Virus record (IMG/VR): IMGVR_UViG_3300042895_001344
Span: 124,001 to 188,000 of that record
Reading direction: 5' to 3' (one strand)
Length of the DNA: 64,000 nucleotides
The notes beneath the pieces were generated by a model. That model did not search any database and was not told the origin of the DNA. It saw nothing but the letters and a program-made list of their open reading frames with translations. Positions 1 through 11,198 of this stretch are shown piece after piece. The position numbers and the translations under genes are program-made. The number at the start of each line of letters is the position of its first letter. The stretch's first letter is position 1.

Positions 1-3
1 GGC

Positions 4-207
4 TTAATCTTGTAATAATTGTCTACCGTCATTGGTAATATATCTTTTGTTTATTCTTTCAACGATACCGTCTTTTTCTCTGATTGTATAACATTCTCCT
101 GTTACTAAATCACATTCTTCTCTTTCCATACCATCATTAGATACGTTTTTAACCTTTTTAGGGTTTAAAAACTGATCCATGGTATTATTTAATCTATTAT
201 TTTCCAT
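4..207 (-). CDS. Small hypothetical late protein (67 aa, MENNRL...)
   Basis: Track ORF 4..288 overlaps the upstream gene. The ATG at 207 lies just downstream of a TATTTATA motif (225-232), so it is the likelier start. Confidence 0.7.
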   Translation of the reverse strand: MENNRLNNTMDQFLNPKKVKNVSNDGMEREECDLVTGECYTIREKDGIVERINKRYITNDGRQLLQD

Positions 208-224
208 AATATTTGTTTTATTAC

Positions 225-232
225 TATAAATA
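225..232 (-). promoter_or_regulatory. Late motif TATTTATA
   Basis: Upstream of ATG 207. Confidence 0.65.
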
Positions 233-250
233 TCCCAAGTTTTATTAATA

Positions 251-3200
251 TTACACTTTCTCCAATTTAAAATAAACAATATCACCATCTTGTAAATCTA
301 AATCTTTCATCAATTTAGGTGATAGAGCAATTCCATATTCTTTTTCATCCCTAATATTGTCAATTGGACCTATAGCTATTGGTTTAGTTTTATCTGAACT
401 ATCTTGATGATTTACTGTTATATTTTTATTTTTATTTGGATTTAGGAAAAGTGTTTTATAATCTGTTAATGTTTCATTAACATCCATTTTATCTAAAATA
501 AATCTGGTTGAATAGAAATAATTTTTATCACTAAATTGTCTAATATTACCCCAAGTAAACGCTGGATCTTGTTTAAAATTAGATTTAGTTATTAAAGACA
601 TACTGTCCGTATCGTTCATCGAATAATTTGATTCTCCCATTCTAACCACCTGTGCTCTTAACCATTTATCACCTTTATATTCAACTTGAACAATATATCT
701 AAATTCATTAAATCCATTATATGGTATTCCATTTACGGTTACTCCCACATCGTCTAAAGTAACCTTTTCTCCCGGTACTTTCTTTTTATCAGGACCCATA
801 TCATATGTGTATTGACTACCGTCGGCAGTTACAATTGATGCACTTGTTTCCGTAACTTTATCTGAACCATTAACCCTATTGATCGCCTTTTGTTGTAGTT
901 TATCAAATAATGTTCTATAACTTGACATAAATGAATCTGTCAAATCAGGTAATGCTGTATATGGCATTCTCGATCCTTTAAATTTGGTTACAATATTATT
1001 ATTCCTAATTTCATGACCAACTTCAGTTATCCAATATGTTCCTTTAAACATAGGGATATTTTTCAAATAGAAAAACATCGTAGGTTGTATCATAACATTA
1101 CCCATACAAGTTATTTCACATGTGTATGCCGCTTGTCTATAATACTCATATAAACCAATATCAACATTATGTGATGATGAACCCGATTCACTTCTAGCTA
1201 AGTTTTCTAATACGTAAAATGACTCTGTTGTATTTTTAATTGATGCCTGATCTAAACTAATACCTTTAAAAATACTTTGATTTTGATCTCCAAAACTTAC
1301 TTCAAATGCAACTACTTTATTTGTTTTAGATAAATCTCCCGTTTGAAATACTTTAGGTAAAGTAATCATAACTGGGTTATTATTAGTATTACCAATATTA
1401 AAACTATCGTCAGTAAATCTATATTTTTTATTATCTGACATGTCAGGTCTTGTCGAATTTTTACCTACATATTGTACTATAATTTTAGGTGATGATTCTT
1501 GATAATCAACTTCTAAGAATGTTCCAAATATATTTTGTGCTATTTTTTTGGATGGTGTTAATTTAGGTGTGTTTGAAAAATTTGTTCCATAGAAATTAAT
1601 ATAAGCTGGTAATGCTCTTAGATCAAAACCTGTATCTTGTAATAATATTGATATTGAACTGAATAAATTTTGTTTAATGTTTTCGGGTTCTCCTAAATTG
1701 AGTAATCGTGATATGTCTATAAAATATTCATTGCCTATGTCTTTATTAGCCTTATCTAAAAATAAAAACTCTTCTAAAAGTGACCTTTGACCTATAGAAT
1801 TTCCTGCAATCCATTTATCGTTCATAGATTTAAAGAAATTATATAACTCAACCTTTAATGGTTTATTATTATAACCATCAAAAAAATCTATTTTACTTTT
1901 AGATTCTTCAATATTAAAAGATGAAAATTGAGGTATCAAAGTACTAAAGAATAATGACATTCTATTATTTAGACCTGTATTATTTTCACTATTAAAAATA
2001 ATATTTTTATATAGATATTGTTGGAATGTATATTTGTCTCGTGTTCCACCATTTTTTATATATCCCGCGTAAATGTATATTAATGATCTAAACATTAATA
2101 CGTTTGATTCATTTAATTTAACATTATTATCTTTAAAGAAATCTAAATATTCATTATCTAAATATTCATTATTTAAAGACGTTCCAGTTACATACGGTCC
2201 TACATATAATTGAATATATTTTGTGTCTCCCGATTGTGCGGTCAAATCGTAAGTATCGTATTTAAATTTATCTGTTTTATTAATGTCAATAAAACCATTA
2301 ATTACATGTGGGTCTAACTCTTTTGGGTTTCCAATTGTTATATTTATTAAATCATTATTTGATAATAATGAAGTTGTAATTGTTTTTAACTTTTCAGATT
2401 GTTTCTTTTTTAAATTCTGAATTTGAGTATCAATGTTATCAGAATCACTATTTTTATCATATGAAAGGTTTACTATGTCTCTTAATACTTCTTGAAACTT
2501 ACCATATTTTGTTAAACTAAACGATTTATCAGAATAATTTAAATTAACTTTTTCAGATGCGAAGTTTAAAAAGTGAGTTTCAAAATCTTCTAACATTTGT
2601 GGATTAAAAGTCGCAATTAAATCAAATACCTTTTTATTGTTACTACTTAAATTATAAAAATTACCTATTGTTCTGTTATATTCTTCCGGTGAGAAAAATG
2701 TCTTACCACTATATGTGTTATTAATATATTCATCTTCCCAAATAATTCTAAAATTATTTTGTTCTTCTAACGCAAAAGAATTATCACTAAATGGTGTGTC
2801 ATTATTTACTAATGATTGTTTTTTACCGTGATGTAAGTTACCACCTGTGGACGGTAATAAAGTATATCCATTATTTCCATTATTAACATATTGTGTCCAA
2901 TAATTAATTTTGTTGGTTCCTCTACTATCGTATTTTTTTAATTTTAATTTTCCATTTGTAATTGCGGTTGTATAATTTTCAGTGGCACCACTTAAATATA
3001 TGAAGAAACTATCGTTGTTTACTACATTATAAAAAATATTATCATAATAAGGATGTATACCAACATCACTATAACCACTAGTGTCACCTGTATATCTAAC
3101 AGGTTGAGTCCCTCCTGAATTAGTAAAAAATGTTAAGTTATTTTGATTATCAAAAAATCTACTTCCATTTATATTTGTCGTTGTAAATCCCGTTACACCA

Positions 3201-6085
3201 CTATGTGAGGTAATACCGGTTATGATACAACCTTCATTTAGATTTTTTTGTTGACTTAATATATCTTTACCTTCTAATATATATTTTTTGTATCTGTGAT
3301 AAATTGACCCCCATTTCAACATTAAGAAATAAGGAACATATTGCGACGTACTAATTTCTCTAAATAATGATGAAACCATTATAATCATCCCATCATAATT
3401 TACATTATCATCCAAATCAACAAAAGGTAAAGAATTTAAAAATAAATAAGCCGATGCTGTATATCTACCATTTGGTCCGTTAACATCTGTATCCATAAAA
3501 TCCGCAAACAATTGTTTATGAAAATATGGGGTGTTTAATATGTTAGTTTTATTATTATCAACATTAATTGGCATTGAAAATAAATTAGTAGTATAACCTT
3601 GTTTAACCCAAAATTTTGAGTCCTTTTTTCCAGATATTAATCCTTGTGTTGTATCGATTTCTAAAAACCCTTGGTATGTAAAATTATCTACTCCGAATTT
3701 TTCAACGGAAGATCCATTAAGATTTAAATAACTTAAATATTTTGTTGAACTAAATGGATATATGTTCGTCCTATAATCATCAACTCTATAATTTAATAAA
3801 TTATTTTTTAATTTTGGGTATACTTCAACGTCATTAAATGTACGGATCGGAAAATATTGTTTAATGGAATATGATTGTGAATAAAATGATTTTAAATAAT
3901 CTGTTGTTGGTAAACTATCTAAATAATAATTATAACTCTCAAATGGTGCAATTTTCTGTAATTGTAATAAAAGATCAGTTTGACTTTTAATACTATCTTT
4001 TAATAATTTTCTTAGATTATTATCTCCTTTTACCGATTCTAATATATTTTGAAATTCAATATTCGCCAATTCTTTAATTGTATCTTTATTAAATGTATCG
4101 ACTAAATTATATGTTAATGCTCTTTCATAAATTTCATATACAAATGATGATGGTGTTTTATTTATATAAGGTAATATATTAGTGATCGAATTAGCCGTAT
4201 TGATTTTCTTTATTTTATTAACATCAGTATCAGTTTCAAATTGTGTTTTATTTTTATCAACTCCACTCTCTTTATTTGTTAATGAATCCACTTTATTTGT
4301 TGATATTCCAATATATGTTTCAATAAACTCAACTTCAGGCCATCTAACTGGATTATCCGAACCTAATCTAACATGAAAATCAGGATCGCCAGGATAAATA
4401 ATTGTATTTTCTTTACCTAAAATAGTTGATTTTAATTCCGGCCACGGATATATCGACTCTCCTTTTGATTCTTTAGAAAATTCACCTACTACTTTTTTTC
4501 TTGTGTCCGCCTGATCAATTGCTCTTCTGTGTACGTCTTTCATTAAACGTATTAGAACTTCAGCATTGGCTAATATAACTGCAAAAATATTTCTAATTGT
4601 GGGTTCAAATCCAAAACCGTTCTTTTTATTACGAACAATTTCGTTCATTTTTTTCTCCACATCATTTTCCAATCTATTTCTTTGTTGTTCAAAACTTCTT
4701 CTAACGTCTCGAATATCATCAACTAATTTCTCAATTGCAACCGCAACAAATTTTTGGTCATCGGTTGTGGTATAACCACTTATTCCCTCTATTTTGTTAA
4801 TACCTAAACTATTTTTTGAAAAAACAGAAGTTGTATTATTAATTAAAGATGGTTGTTGTGGTTTACTTGATAAAAAATTAGTAAACATCTGATTTTCATT
4901 TATTTTTTTATCATATAATTTTAATAAATTTTCTAATGTTCCATTACCATCACCTATTACTTGTGTTGTTTTCTTTTTGTCCTCGTTATTAACATAAAAA
5001 TATTGAACTATTGTACCGTTCGGTTGCTTGGAGTTTAATGAATTTACAGGAGTGTTAATTAAATTACTTGATGCCCACGATCTAACTGACTTTTCATATT
5101 CATCTATAGTTTCACCAAATTCTTTTGTGGCAGCAAATAATCTCATGTCAACCACTTGATCAAATATTTGTTTTTCCAATAAAGAATCTAAATTAGATGC
5201 AATAGTTAAAATTTCTCTAACTGTCTTTACAGGAAAATCTTTTGGTATAAGTCCTTTTAATTTATATTCATTATAAACTGTCTTTAATATTTCGTACCCT
5301 CTTGAAGATTTTTTTAATTCTTCTTTTTCTAATCCTAAAGTTTCATTAAAACGAGTTGTTCGTGTTGACTCATTAGGAAAAAGATATGGGGCATTTAATA
5401 TTCCTTGTAATGGAATATCGGACAACCACGCATATGTTGATCCAACGAATGTTGTACTAACTTCAAAATTACCACTAGATTCATTAAATTTACTTGTAAA
5501 CTTAACTAAATGAAGTCTATATTTGATCGCTTTACCATAATAACCTTTTACCGTTAAATAAAATATTGGCCAAGGTATATGAAAGAATGCTTTATATGGT
5601 GAATTTTCAGGTGATTCAAATAATGTTTTACCTCTTACATCAATAAAATTTATTCGAACTTGTGGTATCGCATTAAATCCTTTAATTTCTATTGAAATAC
5701 TATCGATACCAAAGGACTGTCCAGTTTTATCTGATTGAAAAAATTCACCTGTTGGATTACCTTTATTATCTTTTTTTTCTTCTGTATTTAAAAATGAGTC
5801 AGTCCATGTTGTATCATAGTCTTGTCCGTCTCCATTTTTTAGAAAATTAAGGGTTCCACTTGCAATACTTGTTAACGTGTTTGTTTCATTATCTGATACT
5901 AAAATAGATCTTGGAACGATGTCCGCCTCTAAATTAACATACATGATTAACTTTTCCGCTTGTATGTTTCTTGGGTTTACATTTCCATCCGCGTCAACAG
6001 TTGAGTTTGGGTCAATATAAATTAAATTATTTTGATCAACTTTTACTTGTATATCTTCAGTATTTGTTACGTTATTTTTCACCAT
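251..6085 (-). CDS. Very large baseplate hub-like structural protein (1944 aa)
   Basis: C-terminal segment YTCEITCMGNVMIQPTMFFYLKNIPMFKGTYWITEVGHEI...TKFKGSR resembles gp27/late-control-D hub proteins. Sits in the baseplate operon after the gp53/gpX-like gene. Confidence 0.6.
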   Translation of the reverse strand: MVKNNVTNTEDIQVKVDQNNLIYIDPNSTVDADGNVNPRNIQAEKLIMYVNLEADIVPRSILVSDNETNTLTSIASGTLNFLKNGDGQDYDTTWTDSFLNTEEKKDNKGNPTGEFFQSDKTGQSFGIDSISIEIKGFNAIPQVRINFIDVRGKTLFESPENSPYKAFFHIPWPIFYLTVKGYYGKAIKYRLHLVKFTSKFNESSGNFEVSTTFVGSTYAWLSDIPLQGILNAPYLFPNESTRTTRFNETLGLEKEELKKSSRGYEILKTVYNEYKLKGLIPKDFPVKTVREILTIASNLDSLLEKQIFDQVVDMRLFAATKEFGETIDEYEKSVRSWASSNLINTPVNSLNSKQPNGTIVQYFYVNNEDKKKTTQVIGDGNGTLENLLKLYDKKINENQMFTNFLSSKPQQPSLINNTTSVFSKNSLGINKIEGISGYTTTDDQKFVAVAIEKLVDDIRDVRRSFEQQRNRLENDVEKKMNEIVRNKKNGFGFEPTIRNIFAVILANAEVLIRLMKDVHRRAIDQADTRKKVVGEFSKESKGESIYPWPELKSTILGKENTIIYPGDPDFHVRLGSDNPVRWPEVEFIETYIGISTNKVDSLTNKESGVDKNKTQFETDTDVNKIKKINTANSITNILPYINKTPSSFVYEIYERALTYNLVDTFNKDTIKELANIEFQNILESVKGDNNLRKLLKDSIKSQTDLLLQLQKIAPFESYNYYLDSLPTTDYLKSFYSQSYSIKQYFPIRTFNDVEVYPKLKNNLLNYRVDDYRTNIYPFSSTKYLSYLNLNGSSVEKFGVDNFTYQGFLEIDTTQGLISGKKDSKFWVKQGYTTNLFSMPINVDNNKTNILNTPYFHKQLFADFMDTDVNGPNGRYTASAYLFLNSLPFVDLDDNVNYDGMIIMVSSLFREISTSQYVPYFLMLKWGSIYHRYKKYILEGKDILSQQKNLNEGCIITGITSHSGVTGFTTTNINGSRFFDNQNNLTFFTNSGGTQPVRYTGDTSGYSDVGIHPYYDNIFYNVVNNDSFFIYLSGATENYTTAITNGKLKLKKYDSRGTNKINYWTQYVNNGNNGYTLLPSTGGNLHHGKKQSLVNNDTPFSDNSFALEEQNNFRIIWEDEYINNTYSGKTFFSPEEYNRTIGNFYNLSSNNKKVFDLIATFNPQMLEDFETHFLNFASEKVNLNYSDKSFSLTKYGKFQEVLRDIVNLSYDKNSDSDNIDTQIQNLKKKQSEKLKTITTSLLSNNDLINITIGNPKELDPHVINGFIDINKTDKFKYDTYDLTAQSGDTKYIQLYVGPYVTGTSLNNEYLDNEYLDFFKDNNVKLNESNVLMFRSLIYIYAGYIKNGGTRDKYTFQQYLYKNIIFNSENNTGLNNRMSLFFSTLIPQFSSFNIEESKSKIDFFDGYNNKPLKVELYNFFKSMNDKWIAGNSIGQRSLLEEFLFLDKANKDIGNEYFIDISRLLNLGEPENIKQNLFSSISILLQDTGFDLRALPAYINFYGTNFSNTPKLTPSKKIAQNIFGTFLEVDYQESSPKIIVQYVGKNSTRPDMSDNKKYRFTDDSFNIGNTNNNPVMITLPKVFQTGDLSKTNKVVAFEVSFGDQNQSIFKGISLDQASIKNTTESFYVLENLARSESGSSSHNVDIGLYEYYRQAAYTCEITCMGNVMIQPTMFFYLKNIPMFKGTYWITEVGHEIRNNNIVTKFKGSRMPYTALPDLTDSFMSSYRTLFDKLQQKAINRVNGSDKVTETSASIVTADGSQYTYDMGPDKKKVPGEKVTLDDVGVTVNGIPYNGFNEFRYIVQVEYKGDKWLRAQVVRMGESNYSMNDTDSMSLITKSNFKQDPAFTWGNIRQFSDKNYFYSTRFILDKMDVNETLTDYKTLFLNPNKNKNITVNHQDSSDKTKPIAIGPIDNIRDEKEYGIALSPKLMKDLDLQDGDIVYFKLEKV

Positions 6086-6398
6086 AATATAGATTATACA
6101 ATTCTACACCTCTTTTATAATCTTGTAAAGAGCTAATTAATGGGTACGGTATTCTTATGAAGAAATTATCTGGTATATCAAATTCTAAACTTCCCGCCTG
6201 TGGATTTGCTAACATAATTAACCATCCAAAAGTGGGTCCACCATAATATTCTTGTGACATTTTATCTAATCTGTCTTTACCTTTCTTAAATAAAATATAC
6301 TTATCCGTTCCTTTAATTGGGATTTCAATTCCCGGTACAATTCTAAATGTACCATCATCTATAAAAAACTGATACCTATCAAAATAATCCCTACTCAT
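6072..6398 (-). CDS. LysM-like baseplate wedge protein (T4 gp53 / P2 gpX-like)
   Basis: DRLDKMSQEYYGGPTFGWLIMLANP...IRIP motif; 108 aa; position in baseplate operon. Confidence 0.75.
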   Translation of the reverse strand: MSRDYFDRYQFFIDDGTFRIVPGIEIPIKGTDKYILFKKGKDRLDKMSQEYYGGPTFGWLIMLANPQAGSLEFDIPDNFFIRIPYPLISSLQDYKRGVELYNLYYGEK

Positions 6399-9300
6399 TT
6401 TCTATAATAGTTTAATTTATCTGTCACATTATTTGATGATCCGAATAACTTTTTAACTTCATCTATAGTTACCACATCTTCTGGAGATTCTCCCATTGGT
6501 TCCAAATCAATCTTAATTTGTTTGTCATTTTTACGAACCGGATCTTTACTAAATTTAATATTAATTTCTGATGGTTGGTATAGTGATTGATTTAATTTTT
6601 TAGTTATTCTATCCAAAAGATCATTATCCGTTGTAGATAAAGTAGTTCCTATTTTACTAACTATAGATGATTTATCATCGTAAAATAATACTCTTATAAT
6701 ATCTTCAGCAATTTCAAATGTATATTGTATATTTAAAAAGTTAATTGAAGTATCTAATTTAGAATACATCTTTTCGGTATTCTTTTTTATATGTTCAATA
6801 CAATCACTATAATTTGAATAGAAGCTTACTTTTCTTTGTTCATCTGTTGTTCCGTCTAATTTATATATATTCTTTGTTACTTTTTCTTTTTCAATTTTAA
6901 CATCTCTAGCGTATTTTGTAATAAAATTAACATTATCAATAGATTTAATTAATTCATTTCTATTATTTTCAAAATCTGTAATATTTTTAAATGTTGATAA
7001 ATCAATCATTTTTGATGGTATTTGTTCTATCACATACGAGTGTAGAACATTAGCAACATCATCTTTTATATTTAATGGAATGGTGTCCTCAAGTTTCAAT
7101 ATCTTTAAAATATAATACTTATCTGATAAGAAGTTAAGGTCATTTAAATAAGTTTTTAACGAATCGGCGGTGTGATTACATAGTGAAGGTAAACTAGAAT
7201 TATTAGGATATAATCCAAATAAATTTAAAGTTGTTGCAGCTCCGCCGGTTTCCACATCATAAACATTTATTTTACGATAATCTTTATTAAAAACTAAATT
7301 TGTTAAATGTTTACCATATTTTGTTAGAGTACTATTATAAAAACTTTCATATGAGACAAAATATTGACTTGTATTTTTATAAAGATTATCAATAACGGTC
7401 GTATAATCTAATGCTGATCCATCTATCAAAGCACCAATATATTGTCCTTCAGATACGTTATTTTTACTAGGACTATCTTTTAATAATGTTGGTGGAAATA
7501 ATTTATTATTTAAACCTTGTATGAATTCTTTTGTAAATTCATTTGCATCCATACCTCCTATTTTTGTACTAGTTGATTCAGATCTTTCATCATACATTTC
7601 GGTATTTGCATAGAAATTAGATGATAATGCGTTTTGTAATCTTTCGATAGGTCTTTCTAAACCTTGTCCACCTAAGAAATTCAATTGTATTGTGACAGTT
7701 GCAATCATAGGTTGTATTCCAATACCTTCAGAATTCAAATCCCATACGTTTTCTTCAAATTGAATATTAAGATCTCTAATCACAACTTTTGAATTATAGA
7801 AATCACCAACTCTCATTACACAAACAGGTGGAGGTCCAAATGTTGTATTTCTCGCATTTATATCGGAATCATCAGATGATCCTTTTATTGGTATTGTGTT
7901 GCCCGGTCTTAAACATTGTTGTAAAAACGTCAATCGTGAGTTCAAACCTTCAGGAGTCATTGAGTGAAATCCAGGATGAAAATATCTTAATTTTTCTTTT
8001 AATGAACTATAAATCATTGGAGACGTTTCTTCTAATTTCTTAAAATAAAACTCTTCAGATAATGTTTTCATTATGATTTTTTTCATCAAATCAATAGGTG
8101 GTTTAGTTTTGTTAGTACTAACATTACCCGTAGGTGACATTCTTATACTAGACACGTTTGAAGGTCCATCTACATTCGTTTTAGTATCATAATCGATTGA
8201 TACAGTAGATTGTCTACATCCATATGATAATGGTGAAAATTTGTTTAAATTTGGAGTCTCGTACGTTACTTTACCACAGTCAACATTATCTACATTTTTT
8301 TGCTTTCCATAATTAATTGTTCTAAAAATTATAGACTTATCTAAACCATCAAAACCTAAATCTTTATTCAAGGTATAATCAACTTCAATTGGGAATACTT
8401 CAAATCCTGGTGAAAACTCTTTCGATGTTACGTTTTTAAACTCCCATTTATCTTTTACATTTGATTTTAATGTTTCAATAACATATCTAACAATAGAATG
8501 TGATCTTCTCATAGATAAGTTATAATCACTAACATCATCTCCTGTAGCTGAAGTTGTAGATCCAATTAAAATAACAATATCGCTATTTATATTTTTATTT
8601 TCTATATTTGTTTTTAATTTTTCAATTGCAGTTTTAAAACTATTAAAGTTTGTTTCTTGATTTTCAAAAACTTTTAACAAATCATCTTTAACATTTTGAA
8701 TTGATTGTGTTGATTCTGGTCCACTTATATTATCTTTTCCAAATACATTAACTAAATCTTTTTTATCGTTTTGACTAATAATAGTGATTAATGCGGTCTC
8801 TAATCTAGCTAATGCAGTTTGTTGACTTGTTGTTCCACTTAAACTTTGGGCAATATCATTATAATTCTGAATTGATTTAAAACTTGTTCCACTATCACTA
8901 TCTGGATCTGAATTAGGGAATATTAATTTTACCTTTAATGATTCATTTTTCTTATTAGCGTCGTTTGTTGAACTTCCTTCAGGATTATTCCCCACTATAG
9001 TCGGAACAGCATCTTTTAATCGATTAATGTCATTTGGATTTTTATTGGTGTTTAAATAATTCTGTATTGCAGTAATATCATCTTCATTTAAATTTGCATA
9101 TGTTCTTATTAAACTATAAAAATCAATATCTTTTGCTCCCGCAAAAAATGAATTAATATAATCATCCGCCTGTTCGTCGTTTAAATTTTTAAAATGTTCT
9201 CTAACAAGTAAATTCATAATACTTGGGTGATCCACAACAATTTTAAAATTTAATGTTCCACTTCTTTCAGTATTTTGATATGTATAAATTGGTTCGGGTC

Positions 9301-11158
9301 TACCTAAAAACGTATTAGATTCCCATTTAGCACTATTTTGTTCAGATACTTTTAAATCATATGGTGGAAACCACATTACTCTACCTCCGTTAGGTCCTCT
9401 TTCTGAGAAAGGTAAATCATTTACTGTATAACCTGGTAATGTTGATGAACCCCATGCTAAATTTTCAATTGACAACATATACTTTTTAGCATAAAAATTT
9501 TTCTCTCCTCTAACAATATTTGTTGAACCTGGAAATTCAGGGTTAGTCGTTCCGTCCGACATAGGAGCCATATTCAAATTCCATGTGTCTGACATAACAC
9601 TTCCATCAAAACGTCTTATACCTTTTCTTCTAAATGGTGTTTCTCCTCCCTTATAATATGGTTTATCTTCCGTTTCCTTATAAAACGGCATCGTATTACC
9701 ATAATTAAAATATGGTCTATCTTTAGTCCATACTCTTGCATATTCAACCCCTATATCTCTACCCGAATTATCTATATATTTTACACCTGAACCTCTTGAT
9801 ATTAATGTGTCTCCATCTTTAAAATATCTACTTGTTTGATCTATAACGTGACCGATATGTGCTAAAGAATCTCCACCATTTTGTGGTTTTGAATCCAATA
9901 TTTGTTGAGTAATTTCTAAAATTGAATCTGGCCTAAATTTATATCTTGTAGATAAATCTTCATTAATATTTTGTAAATTTACACCTTTGGTTGTTCCATT
10001 TTTACTAGCCCATGTTAATTTACCACCTATTTTACCTCCCTGTGTAATATTTTTATTACTATGAAAAAGTTCAGCAGCAATCGTATCAAACATTAATGAA
10101 AGATAATAACTACTTCTTATTGGTCTACCACTAAATAAATCGGTAGTGGCGTTTTTAACATTATTTGCTCTATCATCTCCAATATATGCAGCTCCGGCTG
10201 GTGCCTCAACACCTAATATACTTTTAACACCTTGAGCAACCATACTCGGTATTCTACCTAATCCGGTTGACATTTGAGATCTTGCACCTGTTGTATAGTT
10301 AGGAGCATAAGCGTTGAAACTTAATAAATCAAATAATCTATACTTTGTGGCGTCTCCCATATTTTCAATTAATATGTCGGACGGTTTTCTTGATGGTAAA
10401 GGTCTTCTTTGAATACCTACAATTGAACCTAATACCCCCGTTAAATCTTGCCATACCTTAGTTCCCGTAGAAACGTCTGTAGGTCTTACATTAATGGGTG
10501 CTCTTGGGTTTGTTAAGTAATCACCAGGTATTGTACTAAACGGTAATTGTGTTCCCGCCACGGTACCTAAAAAATCAATTCCTTTACCTAATATACTTCT
10601 AGATGCGGTAATTTTTTCATTACCCTCAATTAAAGGTTGTTTACCTCTAATAATGTTTATTAGTGTGTTAGTATTACCTAATAATGCTTCTCCTATTTTA
10701 TTTTTAGCAACCGTTGCGGTGTATAAATTTTGATTAATTCTTGCTAAAACGGGACCATTACTATTGGTTCTGATATTATGTGCCGCGAACTTAAATAATT
10801 CGGATTCCGTATCATAACTTCTAGTAGCCATAATACTAATCAAATTTTCGTCCGTCTTTACAAAATATGGATATAAATTTAAATTTGCTCTTCTTGGTAA
10901 ATCTGCAATTGTTTCTTTAATGAAATATTCAGTTGGTTTAAAAATATTAGATTTTTGTGGAACCAAAAGATCGTTCTTTCTATTGTCGTCGACTTGAGGA
11001 AGTAATAGATTTGGACTGTCTCCTAATGTTTGAATACTATAATCATCACTTTTAAAGGTTTTAGGAGACGGACTTCTTCCGTAAACAGGATCTAAGGTCC
11101 TATTTAACATTCTATCTCTAATGTCCTTAGTAGCGTCAAAACTTAAGTATTTTGGCAT
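6395..11158 (-). CDS. Baseplate / tail-tube initiator protein with internal OmpA-like domain (1587 aa)
   Basis: Two tube-like segments (WFPPYDLKVSEQNSAKWESNTFLGRPEPIYTYQNTERSG; PPVCVMRVGDFYNSKVVIRDLNIQFE) flank an OmpA-like signature (IGSTTSATGDDVSDYNLSMRRSHSIVRY). Directly downstream of the tape measure gene. Confidence 0.6.
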   Translation of the reverse strand: MPKYLSFDATKDIRDRMLNRTLDPVYGRSPSPKTFKSDDYSIQTLGDSPNLLLPQVDDNRKNDLLVPQKSNIFKPTEYFIKETIADLPRRANLNLYPYFVKTDENLISIMATRSYDTESELFKFAAHNIRTNSNGPVLARINQNLYTATVAKNKIGEALLGNTNTLINIIRGKQPLIEGNEKITASRSILGKGIDFLGTVAGTQLPFSTIPGDYLTNPRAPINVRPTDVSTGTKVWQDLTGVLGSIVGIQRRPLPSRKPSDILIENMGDATKYRLFDLLSFNAYAPNYTTGARSQMSTGLGRIPSMVAQGVKSILGVEAPAGAAYIGDDRANNVKNATTDLFSGRPIRSSYYLSLMFDTIAAELFHSNKNITQGGKIGGKLTWASKNGTTKGVNLQNINEDLSTRYKFRPDSILEITQQILDSKPQNGGDSLAHIGHVIDQTSRYFKDGDTLISRGSGVKYIDNSGRDIGVEYARVWTKDRPYFNYGNTMPFYKETEDKPYYKGGETPFRRKGIRRFDGSVMSDTWNLNMAPMSDGTTNPEFPGSTNIVRGEKNFYAKKYMLSIENLAWGSSTLPGYTVNDLPFSERGPNGGRVMWFPPYDLKVSEQNSAKWESNTFLGRPEPIYTYQNTERSGTLNFKIVVDHPSIMNLLVREHFKNLNDEQADDYINSFFAGAKDIDFYSLIRTYANLNEDDITAIQNYLNTNKNPNDINRLKDAVPTIVGNNPEGSSTNDANKKNESLKVKLIFPNSDPDSDSGTSFKSIQNYNDIAQSLSGTTSQQTALARLETALITIISQNDKKDLVNVFGKDNISGPESTQSIQNVKDDLLKVFENQETNFNSFKTAIEKLKTNIENKNINSDIVILIGSTTSATGDDVSDYNLSMRRSHSIVRYVIETLKSNVKDKWEFKNVTSKEFSPGFEVFPIEVDYTLNKDLGFDGLDKSIIFRTINYGKQKNVDNVDCGKVTYETPNLNKFSPLSYGCRQSTVSIDYDTKTNVDGPSNVSSIRMSPTGNVSTNKTKPPIDLMKKIIMKTLSEEFYFKKLEETSPMIYSSLKEKLRYFHPGFHSMTPEGLNSRLTFLQQCLRPGNTIPIKGSSDDSDINARNTTFGPPPVCVMRVGDFYNSKVVIRDLNIQFEENVWDLNSEGIGIQPMIATVTIQLNFLGGQGLERPIERLQNALSSNFYANTEMYDERSESTSTKIGGMDANEFTKEFIQGLNNKLFPPTLLKDSPSKNNVSEGQYIGALIDGSALDYTTVIDNLYKNTSQYFVSYESFYNSTLTKYGKHLTNLVFNKDYRKINVYDVETGGAATTLNLFGLYPNNSSLPSLCNHTADSLKTYLNDLNFLSDKYYILKILKLEDTIPLNIKDDVANVLHSYVIEQIPSKMIDLSTFKNITDFENNRNELIKSIDNVNFITKYARDVKIEKEKVTKNIYKLDGTTDEQRKVSFYSNYSDCIEHIKKNTEKMYSKLDTSINFLNIQYTFEIAEDIIRVLFYDDKSSIVSKIGTTLSTTDNDLLDRITKKLNQSLYQPSEINIKFSKDPVRKNDKQIKIDLEPMGESPEDVVTIDEVKKLFGSSNNVTDKLNYYRK

Positions 11159-11172
11159 TATCTTCTTTTATC

Positions 11173-11180
11173 TATAAATA
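11173..11180 (-). promoter_or_regulatory. Late motif TATTTATA
   Basis: Upstream of baseplate operon (11158). Confidence 0.75.
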
Positions 11181-11198
11181 GATAATATATGATTTTAA

